This document shows, piece by piece, positions 47,038-57,007 of a stretch of 64,000 nucleotides of DNA. The position numbers and the translations under genes are program-made. The stretch lies in NCBI GenBank assembly GCA_024233865.1, contig JACKPA010000012.1:64001-128000 (forward strand), given 5' to 3'. The stretch's first letter is position 1, and each line of letters starts with the position of its first letter. This DNA comes from Leptospiraceae bacterium. GTDB taxonomy: Bacteria > Spirochaetota > Leptospiria > Leptospirales > Leptospiraceae. The notes under the pieces were generated by a model that was given only the letters and a program-made list of their open reading frames with translations, made no database searches and had not been told where the DNA came from.

Positions 47038-47496
47038 GTGAATCAAAATAAAATCTTACCCTATAATTCTATAGAAAGAAAACTAAATATGTCGATGTCT
47101 GCGTCTATAATAACTCAAAAAACAGGAAGATTGATTTTCAAGGAAGGTGACAAAGGAGACTCCATGTATATTATACTGGAAGGGACCGTTGATATTTATG
47201 TAATGGCAGATGGGCAAGAGATGCAGCTGGCAACTTTACATCCGGGAGATTTTTTTGGTGAAATGTCTTTGTTTCGTGATAAACCAAGAAGCGCAAGTGC
47301 CAGAGTTATCAAAGATGTTCGTTTGGCAGTAATACAAAGCAGACAACAATTAGAAAGATTCTTGGTGGATAATCCGTTGTTTGCTGCAAAAATGGTGACA
47401 ATTATGGCTGGTAGGCTTTCTAAAACTAATGAATTGTTGATCCAAAAGGTAAACGAACTGGCAGCCATTAAACTTGAATACCAAACTTCTCATTAA
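47038..47496 (+). CDS. Cyclic-nucleotide-binding domain protein
   Basis: GDFFGEMSLF...RSASARV is the cNMP-binding signature. Start probably at internal MSMSAS (~47089). Confidence 0.65.
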   Translation: MNQNKILPYNSIERKLNMSMSASIITQKTGRLIFKEGDKGDSMYIILEGTVDIYVMADGQEMQLATLHPGDFFGEMSLFRDKPRSASARVIKDVRLAVIQSRQQLERFLVDNPLFAAKMVTIMAGRLSKTNELLIQKVNELAAIKLEYQTSH

Positions 47497-47525
47497 AACT
47501 AATTGGATGTAGTAGGGTAGGGGAC

Positions 47526-47909
47526 TTATATTGGCTTTATTTCTATTACATTAAAAGGCAACTCATAGTCTTCTTGGTATTCATCACCCGTTTCTTTCCC
47601 AAAATCATTTTCCGGATCATAATGCCAATTAATGGTAATTTTTTTACCTGATTGGTAATAGGATTCAAGGATATCAAAAATATTCATGAATATTTTTGTG
47701 CTACTGGTGTTCAAATAGTCTATATTTATATCAAAAACGACGGGTTTATCCGATATTTTTACAAATTCATCTACCCAATAAATAATAGGTTCATAAAAAG
47801 CAGCAGGATTTTCCATATAGGATTTACCCTCTATTTTTAAGATACTGGTGTTTGCGTCAAATTCTATTTTTGGAGAAGACTTGCTTGCTTCTTTTTTTAG
47901 AGATTCCAT
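47526..47909 (-). CDS. DUF1987/SiaC-like partner-switch protein
   Basis: 127 aa. YEPIIYWVDEF...INIDYLNTSSTKIF...WHYDPENDF matches the SiaC-family 'YFNTSS' pattern. Confidence 0.55.
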   Translation of the reverse strand: MESLKKEASKSSPKIEFDANTSILKIEGKSYMENPAAFYEPIIYWVDEFVKISDKPVVFDINIDYLNTSSTKIFMNIFDILESYYQSGKKITINWHYDPENDFGKETGDEYQEDYELPFNVIEIKPI

Positions 47910-47923
47910 TTTATAAACCTTAT

Positions 47924-48481
47924 TTATAGCACTACTTTGATGGAAAAAAAGGAATGGTTTTCATTCAATTTCTTTATATGGTATTCGATAGGCTCAGTTG
48001 CTTGTCTCGCCATTTCAATTAAGCCTAAACCTGCACCCTTGGAACCGGATTCCGGCTCCTTTCTTCTCTGTTCTTTGAAGTAGGTTTTTAGTTCGTTTTT
48101 ATCCATTGATAAAATCTTTGTGAGTTTTACCTTAATGCTTTCAATTTCATCATTCAAAATAGAGTTTCCAGCGACACAGTATATCTTATCATTTTTTTCT
48201 CCAATGACAAATATGCCAGAAGGAACTTCACCGATTTTGGAGTTTGTTTTTATATCTTTCCCATATCTCATAATGTTTTGTACCTGCTCAACAAATACGG
48301 AAAAAACCCTTTCACTTTTACTTGCTTTATTATCTTGTAATTCTATATTTTTTCGGATAGATTCACCAATCTCTTCTAAAAGTCCCTGAGTAACAGGACC
48401 GGAATAACAGATAATTATTCCGTCCTGTTCTAGGATATTTTTAAAATTATGAACATTTTTGACATCCATACAAACCCTCAC
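47924..48481 (-). CDS. SiaB-like / anti-sigma-type small Ser/Thr kinase (HATPase-like fold)
   Basis: 185 aa. C-terminal G-box-like KGAGLGLIEMAR. Positioned between the STAS and DUF1987 genes. Confidence 0.45.
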   Translation of the reverse strand: MRVCMDVKNVHNFKNILEQDGIIICYSGPVTQGLLEEIGESIRKNIELQDNKASKSERVFSVFVEQVQNIMRYGKDIKTNSKIGEVPSGIFVIGEKNDKIYCVAGNSILNDEIESIKVKLTKILSMDKNELKTYFKEQRRKEPESGSKGAGLGLIEMARQATEPIEYHIKKLNENHSFFSIKVVL

Positions 48482-48485
48482 TCAT

Positions 48486-48520
48486 AGGTTGCTCCCTTCG
48501 GCTACGCTCAGAGGGAGCGG
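48486..48520. repeat. R1 element, single-arm copy (GCTCCCTTCGGCTACGCTCAGAGGGAGC)
   Basis: Matches the reverse complement of the R1 right arm with one substitution. Forms its own GCTCCCT/AGGGAGC hairpin between the kinase and STAS genes. Confidence 0.45.
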
Positions 48521-48531
48521 TGTTTCCTACC

Positions 48532-48909
48532 TCAGTTTCTGTATTCGCCTCTATGGAAAAATCGAAATGCTTCAATTTTTCCCGTAAGTTTTAGAGCTTT
48601 GAATTGAGTATTGTTGATGTTATTGATGTAGACGTTTTTTCCGTCCGCAACTACTTTATCGCCAAATTCTGACAACGCTCTTAAACCGGATGACTCCACT
48701 CTTTGACACTTATCAAAAAGGAGAATCACTTTATCATCTATTTCCGGTTTTGCTTCTTCATAAGCTTTTGTAACTGTTTCCATTGTTTCAATAGACAAAA
48801 TGGGTGGAACCAATATCTCTTCTTTTTTGGGTTTGGGTTCTGCTGCGATTGTATCACTTTGTCTGTCTAATTCACTAAATTCCGGTCCATCTAAAGTTAT
48901 GTCTAACAT
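48532..48909 (-). CDS. STAS-domain anti-sigma-factor-antagonist-like protein
   Basis: VILLFDKCQRVESSGLRALSEF...NVYINNINNTQFKALKLTG fits the STAS pattern. Carries a ~40-aa N-terminal extension. Confidence 0.5.
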   Translation of the reverse strand: MLDITLDGPEFSELDRQSDTIAAEPKPKKEEILVPPILSIETMETVTKAYEEAKPEIDDKVILLFDKCQRVESSGLRALSEFGDKVVADGKNVYINNINNTQFKALKLTGKIEAFRFFHRGEYRN

Positions 48910-48918
48910 ATTTCCTCT

Positions 48919-51630
48919 TTACCTTCTTATTTTATCCTTCTGAACTTTCCTACCATAATAAGCTTCTAAAAGCAAATCTTCCATTTCTGCTATCATAGGC
49001 ATACGAGGATTGCTTCTGCCGGAAGGGTCCAACATGGCGATACGAACCATCTCCGGTAATCTTTCCAAGTATACTTTTTCTTCGATACCATACTCAGCAA
49101 ATGTATGCTCGACGTGACACTTTTTAAGAAGGTCTTTAATGGCAGAGATGAGCAAATCAATTTTTCCTTCCACTGTGTTGGAGTGTCCTAAACCAGCCAT
49201 GTCTGCTATATAGGCATACTTTTTATGTGCTTTGTATGTTTTTACGTTTGGGCTTGGAGTGAATTTGGAAGGTATACTTGCATTGTAGCGTATCACGTAA
49301 GGCAAGAATATAGCGTTTGCTCTACCATGTGTTACACCGAAAGTCGCTCCCACCGCATGAGCCAAAGAGTGATTTACACCCACAAAGGCATTGGAAATTG
49401 CCATTCCCGCCATCGTAGAAGCATTGTGCAATCTCTGTCTCAACTCTACGTTATTTCCATTTTTGTAAACTTCTTCCAGATGATTAAATACAGTAATAAC
49501 CGTTTGCAACGCCAAACCGTCTGTAAAATCATTGCTCAGGCTCGATACCATGGCTTCAATAGCGTGAGTCAAAGCATCAAAACCCGTATCAGCCGTAACA
49601 ACCGGTGGAACGGAAATAGTCAAGTTTGGATCAATGATAGCTACGTCCGGAACAAGGCTATAGTCTGCCATTGTCAATTTTATATGAGCTTGATCATCTG
49701 TAATAACAGCCATTGGAGTCACTTCCGATCCTGTACCCGATGTAGTAGGGATGGCAACCAGTTTGATCTTCCTTTCGCCCGGATATTCCACAACCCTCTT
49801 TCGTGGGTCCAAAAATGCAATCTTTAGATCGTTGTAATCAAAGTTCGGATTCTCGTAGAAAAATCGAATGGCTTTGGCTATGTCTATAACCGAGCCTCCA
49901 CCCAACGCAATGATGGTGTCAGGATTGTACCTTGACATCATCTCAACCCCTTTCATCACCTGGCTAAAAGGAGGTTCCGGTGAAACATTGGAGAATACTT
50001 GTACTACCGGTATATGAGTTAATTGGCTCTTTATCATTTCCACATGACCGATTTTTACATTGATCGGTGTTGTGATGATGATGGTCGTGTTCGACTTGAT
50101 TTGTCTTAGGTGTTCAATACTGTGTTGATTAAAATAGATTTCATTTGGCACTCTAAACCACATACTTGCACTGGTCCTTTTGGCAACTCTTTTGACGTTT
50201 AAATAATGCTTGACATTGATGTTGTCCATCGTAATGTTTCCGCCACCCGTTCCACACCCAAAAGAAAATGTGGGAATTAGGTCATTGTAAACACCACCCA
50301 AAGCTCCAATGGATGAAGGAGAGTTGACAATAATCCTTCCCGCGTTGATTTTATCCGAAAATTCATCGATTACCTTTTGGTTTTCCGAAAAGATAGAAGC
50401 TGTATGACCTGTTCCCCCATAATAATTAATATCAATGCAGATGTTAATCGCTTCTTTGCTATTTTTTGCTTTGTACAAACCTAAAAGCGGAAACAATTTC
50501 TCACCGGAAAGAGGATGTTCTTTACCTATTCCCTTCAAAGGAGCAAGCAAAACTTTTGTTCCAACAGGTATATCAAATCCGGCTTTTTCTGCAAGGTAAG
50601 CAGCCGGCTTTCCAATCATGGAGGGCTTAACCATTCCTCTGTGGAATACCTTATTGGTCAGCTTTTTAACTTCTTCTTCATTACAAAGATAGGCACCATA
50701 GTGCTTGAATTTTTCGAGAACATCGTTGTAAATGAATTCATCAATTACAACCGTTTGCTCCGAAGCACAAATTGTTCCGTTGTCAAAGTATTTTGAGGTT
50801 AAAATGTCTATCACAGCCATTTCAATATCACCGCTGTTCTCAATATATACAGGTGTGTTCCCGGCACCGACTCCTAAAGCCGGTTTACCGGAGCTATAGG
50901 CTGCTTTCACCATTCCCGTTCCACCGGTAGCGTCCACCAAAGCAATATCGGGATGGTGAAACAGGTGATCCGTATCTTCAAAAGACGCATTGGTTATCAT
51001 CTGTATAACGCCTTCCGGTGCTCCGGCTTTTATTGCCGCTTGGTACATTAATTCAGCGGCTCTGGCTGAACACTGGGCTGCTCTTTGATGAGGTGAAAAA
51101 ATAATTGCGTTTCTCGTTTTTAGTGCCAATAAACACTTGAACAATACCGTAGAAGTTGGGTTTGTAACCGGAGTCAATCCGAAAATAACTCCATGAGGTT
51201 CAGCTACTTCTACAAGGTTCTTTTTAGGATATTCTTCAATAACTCCTACCGTTTTGACGTGTTTGATATGATCCCATACAAATTCTGTGGCAACCATATT
51301 CTTGATAACTTTATCTTCAATAATCCCCATTTCGGATTCTCTTACAGCCATTTCTGCCAATTCATACGAATTTGCAATCCCTACTACCACCATTGCTTTT
51401 ACAATTTTATCTACTTCTTCTTGTGTGTATTGTAAAAATAAGCCGGCTGCAACTTTTGCCTTTTCTACCATACCATCTAGATATGCTTTTCTGTCATCTA
51501 GCGCCTTTTCTTTGTCAGTTTTATGCCCATTGGTTGAGTTTGTTATATGTTCATTCGATTCTGTAGTGCTGCTTATTGCACTTTCTTGTGTTTCTTTCAC
51601 AGCTTCCATTCTGTTTCCCTTTTTTCCCAT
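48919..51630 (-). CDS. adhE: Bifunctional acetaldehyde-CoA / alcohol dehydrogenase
   Basis: 903 aa. N-terminal ALDH domain. C-terminal Fe-ADH domain with GGGSVIDIAKAI and a His cluster. Confidence 0.9.
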   Translation of the reverse strand: MGKKGNRMEAVKETQESAISSTTESNEHITNSTNGHKTDKEKALDDRKAYLDGMVEKAKVAAGLFLQYTQEEVDKIVKAMVVVGIANSYELAEMAVRESEMGIIEDKVIKNMVATEFVWDHIKHVKTVGVIEEYPKKNLVEVAEPHGVIFGLTPVTNPTSTVLFKCLLALKTRNAIIFSPHQRAAQCSARAAELMYQAAIKAGAPEGVIQMITNASFEDTDHLFHHPDIALVDATGGTGMVKAAYSSGKPALGVGAGNTPVYIENSGDIEMAVIDILTSKYFDNGTICASEQTVVIDEFIYNDVLEKFKHYGAYLCNEEEVKKLTNKVFHRGMVKPSMIGKPAAYLAEKAGFDIPVGTKVLLAPLKGIGKEHPLSGEKLFPLLGLYKAKNSKEAINICIDINYYGGTGHTASIFSENQKVIDEFSDKINAGRIIVNSPSSIGALGGVYNDLIPTFSFGCGTGGGNITMDNINVKHYLNVKRVAKRTSASMWFRVPNEIYFNQHSIEHLRQIKSNTTIIITTPINVKIGHVEMIKSQLTHIPVVQVFSNVSPEPPFSQVMKGVEMMSRYNPDTIIALGGGSVIDIAKAIRFFYENPNFDYNDLKIAFLDPRKRVVEYPGERKIKLVAIPTTSGTGSEVTPMAVITDDQAHIKLTMADYSLVPDVAIIDPNLTISVPPVVTADTGFDALTHAIEAMVSSLSNDFTDGLALQTVITVFNHLEEVYKNGNNVELRQRLHNASTMAGMAISNAFVGVNHSLAHAVGATFGVTHGRANAIFLPYVIRYNASIPSKFTPSPNVKTYKAHKKYAYIADMAGLGHSNTVEGKIDLLISAIKDLLKKCHVEHTFAEYGIEEKVYLERLPEMVRIAMLDPSGRSNPRMPMIAEMEDLLLEAYYGRKVQKDKIRR

Positions 51631-51853
51631 AATGTGCGTCCTATAATTATTATATAATTTCTTGCTATGATTCTATTTGTGTCACTTACTTTTTTAAAAA
51701 ATTTGTGATTTACAAAAGCAAAAATTAAATTTGATATTTAAAATTTCCTTTTTCCGAATTAAAGTCAATTTCAAAAAAAAATCTTCCATGGTATAAGTCT
51801 CTTTCATTTTTTTCTTGACGTAGATAAACTTTTTAGATTAGAATTTCTATGAA

Positions 51854-52687
51854 ATGAGAACTGGGCTTATAATTGTTTTTATTTGCTGTATTTTTACTCA
51901 AGTTCTTTTCTCCGAAGAAAGAATTAAAGTAATTGATCCAAAGAATTATCCGGAGTACTTAAAAGAAAGAGATTCTATTGGAAATAAGTGGCAAATTGCA
52001 GTTATTTCTCCATTTCCCGATTCTCCATTATCATATTCTTTAAATGTGAATTATCGAGCATTTTCAAAAATCAGCTTTGGTGTTTCGGCAATGAGGGATA
52101 TATACAAAAAGTCTACTGATGGGATTAACTCTGGTTCTTATCCAGGCTATGTTCAATTTGAGAATGGTTTTGCCCTTAATATCCCATTATCAGCAACTAC
52201 GATAACTGACGAAACAAGACCACAAGGTATCATTTTTGGACGCTACTATTTTAACGATTTTGATAAAATAGGTGAGTCTATATTGGTTAGTACTTATTTT
52301 AATTTAGGTTTGGGTCGTAATTTTGGAGGCTGGACTATAAAAGAACAGACGACTTCCGTATACAAAACAGGAACAAATGGGGGATTTCGATTAAGTCCGC
52401 TAACTGTAACCTATGATGTTTCTCCGTTAAATTTTATAGCGATGGCAATGGGAGTTCAATTATTTTTTACGAAACCAAAAGGTTTGTTTTTGACATTTGA
52501 ATTAGGGATTTCCCTTTATAATTCAAAGAGAACAATTTATGCATATAGTGATCCTGCACGGTTTTATGCTGAACCCATTTCGGTCGCAGAAGTTTTATTA
52601 GCTCAACTAATTGCAAAGCAGGAAGACCCTTATTTTTCACATTCTCTTTTTTTTATTCCTTGGATAGGTTATTCATTTAATTTTTGA
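51854..52687 (+). CDS. Secreted hypothetical, beta-rich
   Basis: Signal peptide. Confidence 0.35.
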   Translation: MRTGLIIVFICCIFTQVLFSEERIKVIDPKNYPEYLKERDSIGNKWQIAVISPFPDSPLSYSLNVNYRAFSKISFGVSAMRDIYKKSTDGINSGSYPGYVQFENGFALNIPLSATTITDETRPQGIIFGRYYFNDFDKIGESILVSTYFNLGLGRNFGGWTIKEQTTSVYKTGTNGGFRLSPLTVTYDVSPLNFIAMAMGVQLFFTKPKGLFLTFELGISLYNSKRTIYAYSDPARFYAEPISVAEVLLAQLIAKQEDPYFSHSLFFIPWIGYSFNF

Positions 52688-52690
52688 ATT

Positions 52691-53419
52691 ATGAAAAATT
52701 GTATTTGGTTTATTCTATTATTGTTTATACATTGCTCTGCTAAAACTATAAATATAGGGCATAACCAAAAAAAGTTTGGTTTACGTTACAGCTATAGAGT
52801 GGGAGTGTTACCATACAAAGACAGCCGAACAAATGAGATGCCAAAGTTGGTAGAATATCAAAATGTCCTTCAAGATTTTAAAAAAGTATTAAACGATCAA
52901 CCAATTAAAGTCAATTACTCTTGCAATACCAATAGCAATCGCTTTTTTTCAGTAGAGTATTTGGCTCAAGATTTAAAACAAGCTGAAGTGTTTCAGGATA
53001 TTATTGAACTTTCCGGTTTTCCTGAGTTAGATACTTCGGAACTTATTCAACGTTATCAACTAGACTTATTGATTCAACCTGAGCTAAAAGATATTTATTT
53101 GGAAAAAAGTTTTTCAATAGCAAATTTATTTGGCTATATGCTTCCACCAGCAGTTTTAATGGGATTAATCGGAATTCCTTTCCCATTACTTGTCGAATAT
53201 AATTTTGTTATTTATCTAGATATTAATTTTTATAAAAAAAATAATAGTAAAATGATTAAAAAAAATTATATACATAAAGGGATTAGATTCGCAGATATTG
53301 GAACTTCTTATTATGAATTTGACACTGAAAATAAAAAACATAATTTGGGATTGCTTATCAAGAATCTATATGAAAATTTAGAATATGAGATTAGTGAAGA
53401 AATGTTTACTGAATTATAA
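52691..53419 (+). CDS. Hypothetical lipoprotein-like
   Basis: Signal/lipobox-like LFIHCS. Confidence 0.35.
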   Translation: MKNCIWFILLLFIHCSAKTINIGHNQKKFGLRYSYRVGVLPYKDSRTNEMPKLVEYQNVLQDFKKVLNDQPIKVNYSCNTNSNRFFSVEYLAQDLKQAEVFQDIIELSGFPELDTSELIQRYQLDLLIQPELKDIYLEKSFSIANLFGYMLPPAVLMGLIGIPFPLLVEYNFVIYLDINFYKKNNSKMIKKNYIHKGIRFADIGTSYYEFDTENKKHNLGLLIKNLYENLEYEISEEMFTEL

Positions 53420-53786
53420 ATTTATACTTCTATTTTTCATCGTGAATTGTGCCACCTTATTTACAAAAGAAAGATTTGCAATTTCATTAGAATCGAATAT
53501 AGAAGGTGTTTTTTGTACCATTCGTTCTGACTTTGAAGTAGTTCCTGTGAGGGTTCAAATCCCTAGCGTTATTGAATTAAAATTTGATAAACACTATGAA
53601 TTACTATGTGAAAAAAAAGGATACCAAAGAAAACTTATTCCAATCGAAAACAATATAAAACCAATAACAGCTTGTAACGCATATCCATGTATGGGAATTC
53701 CATTTTATATTGATTGGTACGAATACTCATTTTATGAACCTAAATCAAATAGAATTCAAATTCAATTGGAAAAAATAAACCCCTGA
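53385..53786 (+). CDS. Small secreted hypothetical
   Basis: Signal peptide with FIVNC. Confidence 0.3.
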   Translation: MRLVKKCLLNYKFILLFFIVNCATLFTKERFAISLESNIEGVFCTIRSDFEVVPVRVQIPSVIELKFDKHYELLCEKKGYQRKLIPIENNIKPITACNAYPCMGIPFYIDWYEYSFYEPKSNRIQIQLEKINP

Positions 53787-53802
53787 CAATCATTACTAAT
53801 TA

Positions 53803-55206
53803 CTAAAAAGCAAAGTACAAAAAGTTTTGGCTTTCCGTTACTCCAAATATCAAAACAATAAACATACTCGCAATGTTTGCATAGATTAATTTGTTTCCTT
53901 GACCTGCCATATACTCGATGTTCTTTTTGGAAAAGATATAACTTGCAGTGTAACAAATCACAAGAAGAATTCCGTATTGGTAATTTGCGTAAGAGGTTAG
54001 GCTAGAAATTCCTTTGTCTATAAAAAGCATGGTTTTGAATATATCTATGGATTGGGACAGGTCTTGTACTCTAAACATAACAAACCCAAAACCCAAAGCA
54101 AACATCGTAAAAAACCTAGACCATAAATCATAAACCCAGCCCCCCCTTTCATTTAGCAGCTGCCTTAGATTTGTTTTGGCATATTCTCGATGGATAGAAA
54201 TCATAATGGCTTGCCATAAACCCCAGGCTACAAAATGATAAGCAGCTCCATGCCATACGCCTCCGAATAGCCAAGTTATAAAAATGTTTCTGTAAGTCGC
54301 AAAGGTTGAGCTACGAGAACCACCCAGGGGAATAAATATATAGTCTCGAATCCAGGTTGTAAAAGAAATATGCCACTTTGTCCAGTGATCAGAAATATTA
54401 GCTGTCGCCATGGGAAAGTTAAAATTCGGATCAAATTTGAACCCAAAAAGCCGTGCTACTCCGATGGCAATATCAGTATAACCGGCAAAATCGAAATAGA
54501 CCTGCCATCCGAAAGCGATTACACCCGTCCAAATTTCTATAGGGTTGAGCATGGCATAATTTTTAAAGGTAAAGTCTACAACTATACCCAGATTGTCTGC
54601 AAAAACGATTTTCCGCATAAAACCCATCAAAATTCGATTGATGGCGATTTGAATGTCTTCATTTAGAACGGGCAAACGATTGTCCAAGTCTCTAAAAAAA
54701 GTTGAAGCTCTGACAATAGGACCAGCTACCAATTGAGGAAAAAAAGCAACATACAAGGCAAAGTCTATAAAGTTTTTCCTTGGTTCTATTTGTCTCCTGT
54801 ATACGTCTATGGTATAGCTCATGGATTGAAACGTATAAAACGAGATCCCAACGGGTAAAATGATATTGTATACCGGAAAATTGGTAATACTAAGGTCGTT
54901 TGTTATACCCAAAAGAAAGTTTGTATATTTAAAATAACAGAGAAGCCCTAAATTTCCTATGAGAGATACCACAAGAAAAAATTTACGTTTTCGATTACTA
55001 TCATCTTCTTTGTGCATTTGCAAGGCAGCAAAGTAATCAATGAGAGTTGAAATCAAAATCAAGGTAATAAAGTAGGCATTCCATACCATATAAAAGTAAT
55101 AGCTTGCTAATAGGAGAAATATCTTTTGTTTCCTATTTTTGAGTAGGTGAGCGATTACGATTGTAATCGCAAAAAATATTAAAAAATGAATCGAATTAAA
55201 TAGCAT
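53803..55206 (-). CDS. MBOAT-family membrane O-acyltransferase (second paralog)
   Basis: WHISFTTWIRDYIFIPLGGS and WHGAAYHF motifs. Confidence 0.8.
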   Translation of the reverse strand: MLFNSIHFLIFFAITIVIAHLLKNRKQKIFLLLASYYFYMVWNAYFITLILISTLIDYFAALQMHKEDDSNRKRKFFLVVSLIGNLGLLCYFKYTNFLLGITNDLSITNFPVYNIILPVGISFYTFQSMSYTIDVYRRQIEPRKNFIDFALYVAFFPQLVAGPIVRASTFFRDLDNRLPVLNEDIQIAINRILMGFMRKIVFADNLGIVVDFTFKNYAMLNPIEIWTGVIAFGWQVYFDFAGYTDIAIGVARLFGFKFDPNFNFPMATANISDHWTKWHISFTTWIRDYIFIPLGGSRSSTFATYRNIFITWLFGGVWHGAAYHFVAWGLWQAIMISIHREYAKTNLRQLLNERGGWVYDLWSRFFTMFALGFGFVMFRVQDLSQSIDIFKTMLFIDKGISSLTSYANYQYGILLVICYTASYIFSKKNIEYMAGQGNKLIYANIASMFIVLIFGVTESQNFLYFAF

Positions 55207-55261
55207 AAATCAAAGACACTTTGCTTTTTGAGTATACATTTTATCTACAATTATTTCAGGT

Positions 55262-56317
55262 CTATTCTTTTTGAATTGAACCGGGGATTTTATCAATAAA
55301 ATCATTTCCTAATACCAAAGAAGGAGTCTGGAAACCGGACATATAATTGCCCTTTAAAACTTCCAAAACGGCAAGTATCGAAGAATCGACCGTAAATTGA
55401 TAACCTTCTTCCGTTTCATAGCGTATTTCTAGCTTGTCTCCGGCTTCGTTTTGGACTTCACCCCACAAATAACATTTGTCAGTCTGTCTTGCCAGCTCGG
55501 AAGGTCCTGTTACAAATTGATCTACCAAAAATTGAGAAAAATGGAGTAGGGGAGGGACCTTAAATAATCCTACCGTTGATCCTAAAAATTGGAGGGCATT
55601 GGTAAAGAGTCCTGGAAAAAAGGAATAGACTTCAATGTTGGGAATTTTTGTAGAATGATAAGCTGTAAAAACATCTCCCCATGGAATGGCGTGAAACTTT
55701 AGCTGTTTCCCTTTGTATTCTATCATTTTTGATTTGGAAAATTGTGGAATAGAGATAATTTCACCATTTTTTCTCATCTTTGAACCATCCGGAGCTTGGG
55801 CAAGCATACTTTTTAGAGTTCCTCGGCTAACACCAGCCAAGCCCATAAATGCCAAAGATAAAAACTTGGCATCTAACATCTTTTTGCTAAGTTTTGCTGC
55901 AATACAATCCGTAGGCACAATGTCAAAACCAACTCCTGGCAATAACATTACGTCTGCTGATTTGGCTTCGTTGTGTAAATCATAGAGTAGGGAGTAAACC
56001 GGAATTTCGCCGGTTATATCCAAATAATGGGTATGCGATTTGAGACACGCTCTTGCCATAACCTCGGAAGTTTCGGTAAAAGGTCCCGCACAGTGAAGAA
56101 CACAATTCATACCTTTAAGCCGGGAGGCTATCTTGTTCACGTCCTTGAGTGGGAAAACGTCAAATGGTAATTTTAATTCCGATGCAAGTTGAACTATTTT
56201 TTCCCTATTTCTACCGGCTATTGTAGGTTGTAAACCCAATTCACAGGCTTTTCGAGCAATAAGTTCACCCGTATAACCATTTGCTCCATAAATCATCCAA
56301 TGTTTTTCTTTTTGCAT
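55262..56317 (-). CDS. Saccharopine-dehydrogenase-like NAD(P)-binding protein
   Basis: N-terminal Rossmann motif IYGANGYTGELIARKA. Confidence 0.65.
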   Translation of the reverse strand: MQKEKHWMIYGANGYTGELIARKACELGLQPTIAGRNREKIVQLASELKLPFDVFPLKDVNKIASRLKGMNCVLHCAGPFTETSEVMARACLKSHTHYLDITGEIPVYSLLYDLHNEAKSADVMLLPGVGFDIVPTDCIAAKLSKKMLDAKFLSLAFMGLAGVSRGTLKSMLAQAPDGSKMRKNGEIISIPQFSKSKMIEYKGKQLKFHAIPWGDVFTAYHSTKIPNIEVYSFFPGLFTNALQFLGSTVGLFKVPPLLHFSQFLVDQFVTGPSELARQTDKCYLWGEVQNEAGDKLEIRYETEEGYQFTVDSSILAVLEVLKGNYMSGFQTPSLVLGNDFIDKIPGSIQKE

Positions 56318-56590
56318 AATTTCTTGCTAAATTTTTATGGGATTATATTTTATGATAACAGGATAAAATTTGATCTAATATCTGCAACAAAAATATACAA
56401 TGTTGAAAAACTCTTTCCACTCCTTTCATAACCAATTACATTGCCTATTATGCTGATTGCCAATCCTATTTATGACGTAGTTTTTAGATACTTGATGATT
56501 GCTAAGTGTGTTCGGGGAGATTTTTTTCTTTTCTTATCTGATAAATTTACTTGCATATTTACTATCTTTTTGCATAGCTAATTATACTAT

Positions 56591-57007
56591 TTGATTTTTA
56601 ATAAGGAATACATGAAAAGAATATCCAATCTATTAATTGCCTTCGTAGCAATCGAGCATATACTGTTTTTGATTATGGAAATGTTTTTGTGGCAAACACC
56701 TTTTGTAATTCAAAGGTTCAATATGACAGAACAAATTGCAAAAGACTCGGCTTTGCTTGCCATGAATCAAGGTCTTTACAACGGATTCTTGGCAGCGGGG
56801 CTTATATGGAGCTTGCTGATTCGATCTTATGTCGAGCAAGCATTTAAAATAAAGCTGTTTTTTCTCTCCTGTGTAGTTATCGCCGGAATTTTTGGTGCGT
56901 TAACGGTCAAAATTTCCATTTTAGTTATTCAAGCTCTGCCCGCACTTATAGGTTTGGTTGTAGTATACTTAAGCAAACCGCAAGAGAATTATGACGTGGT
57001 GATTTAG
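56591..57007 (+). CDS. Small 4-TM membrane protein (DUF1304-like)
   Basis: IEHILFLIMEMFLW pattern. Probable start at 56612. Confidence 0.4.
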   Translation: MIFNKEYMKRISNLLIAFVAIEHILFLIMEMFLWQTPFVIQRFNMTEQIAKDSALLAMNQGLYNGFLAAGLIWSLLIRSYVEQAFKIKLFFLSCVVIAGIFGALTVKISILVIQALPALIGLVVVYLSKPQENYDVVI

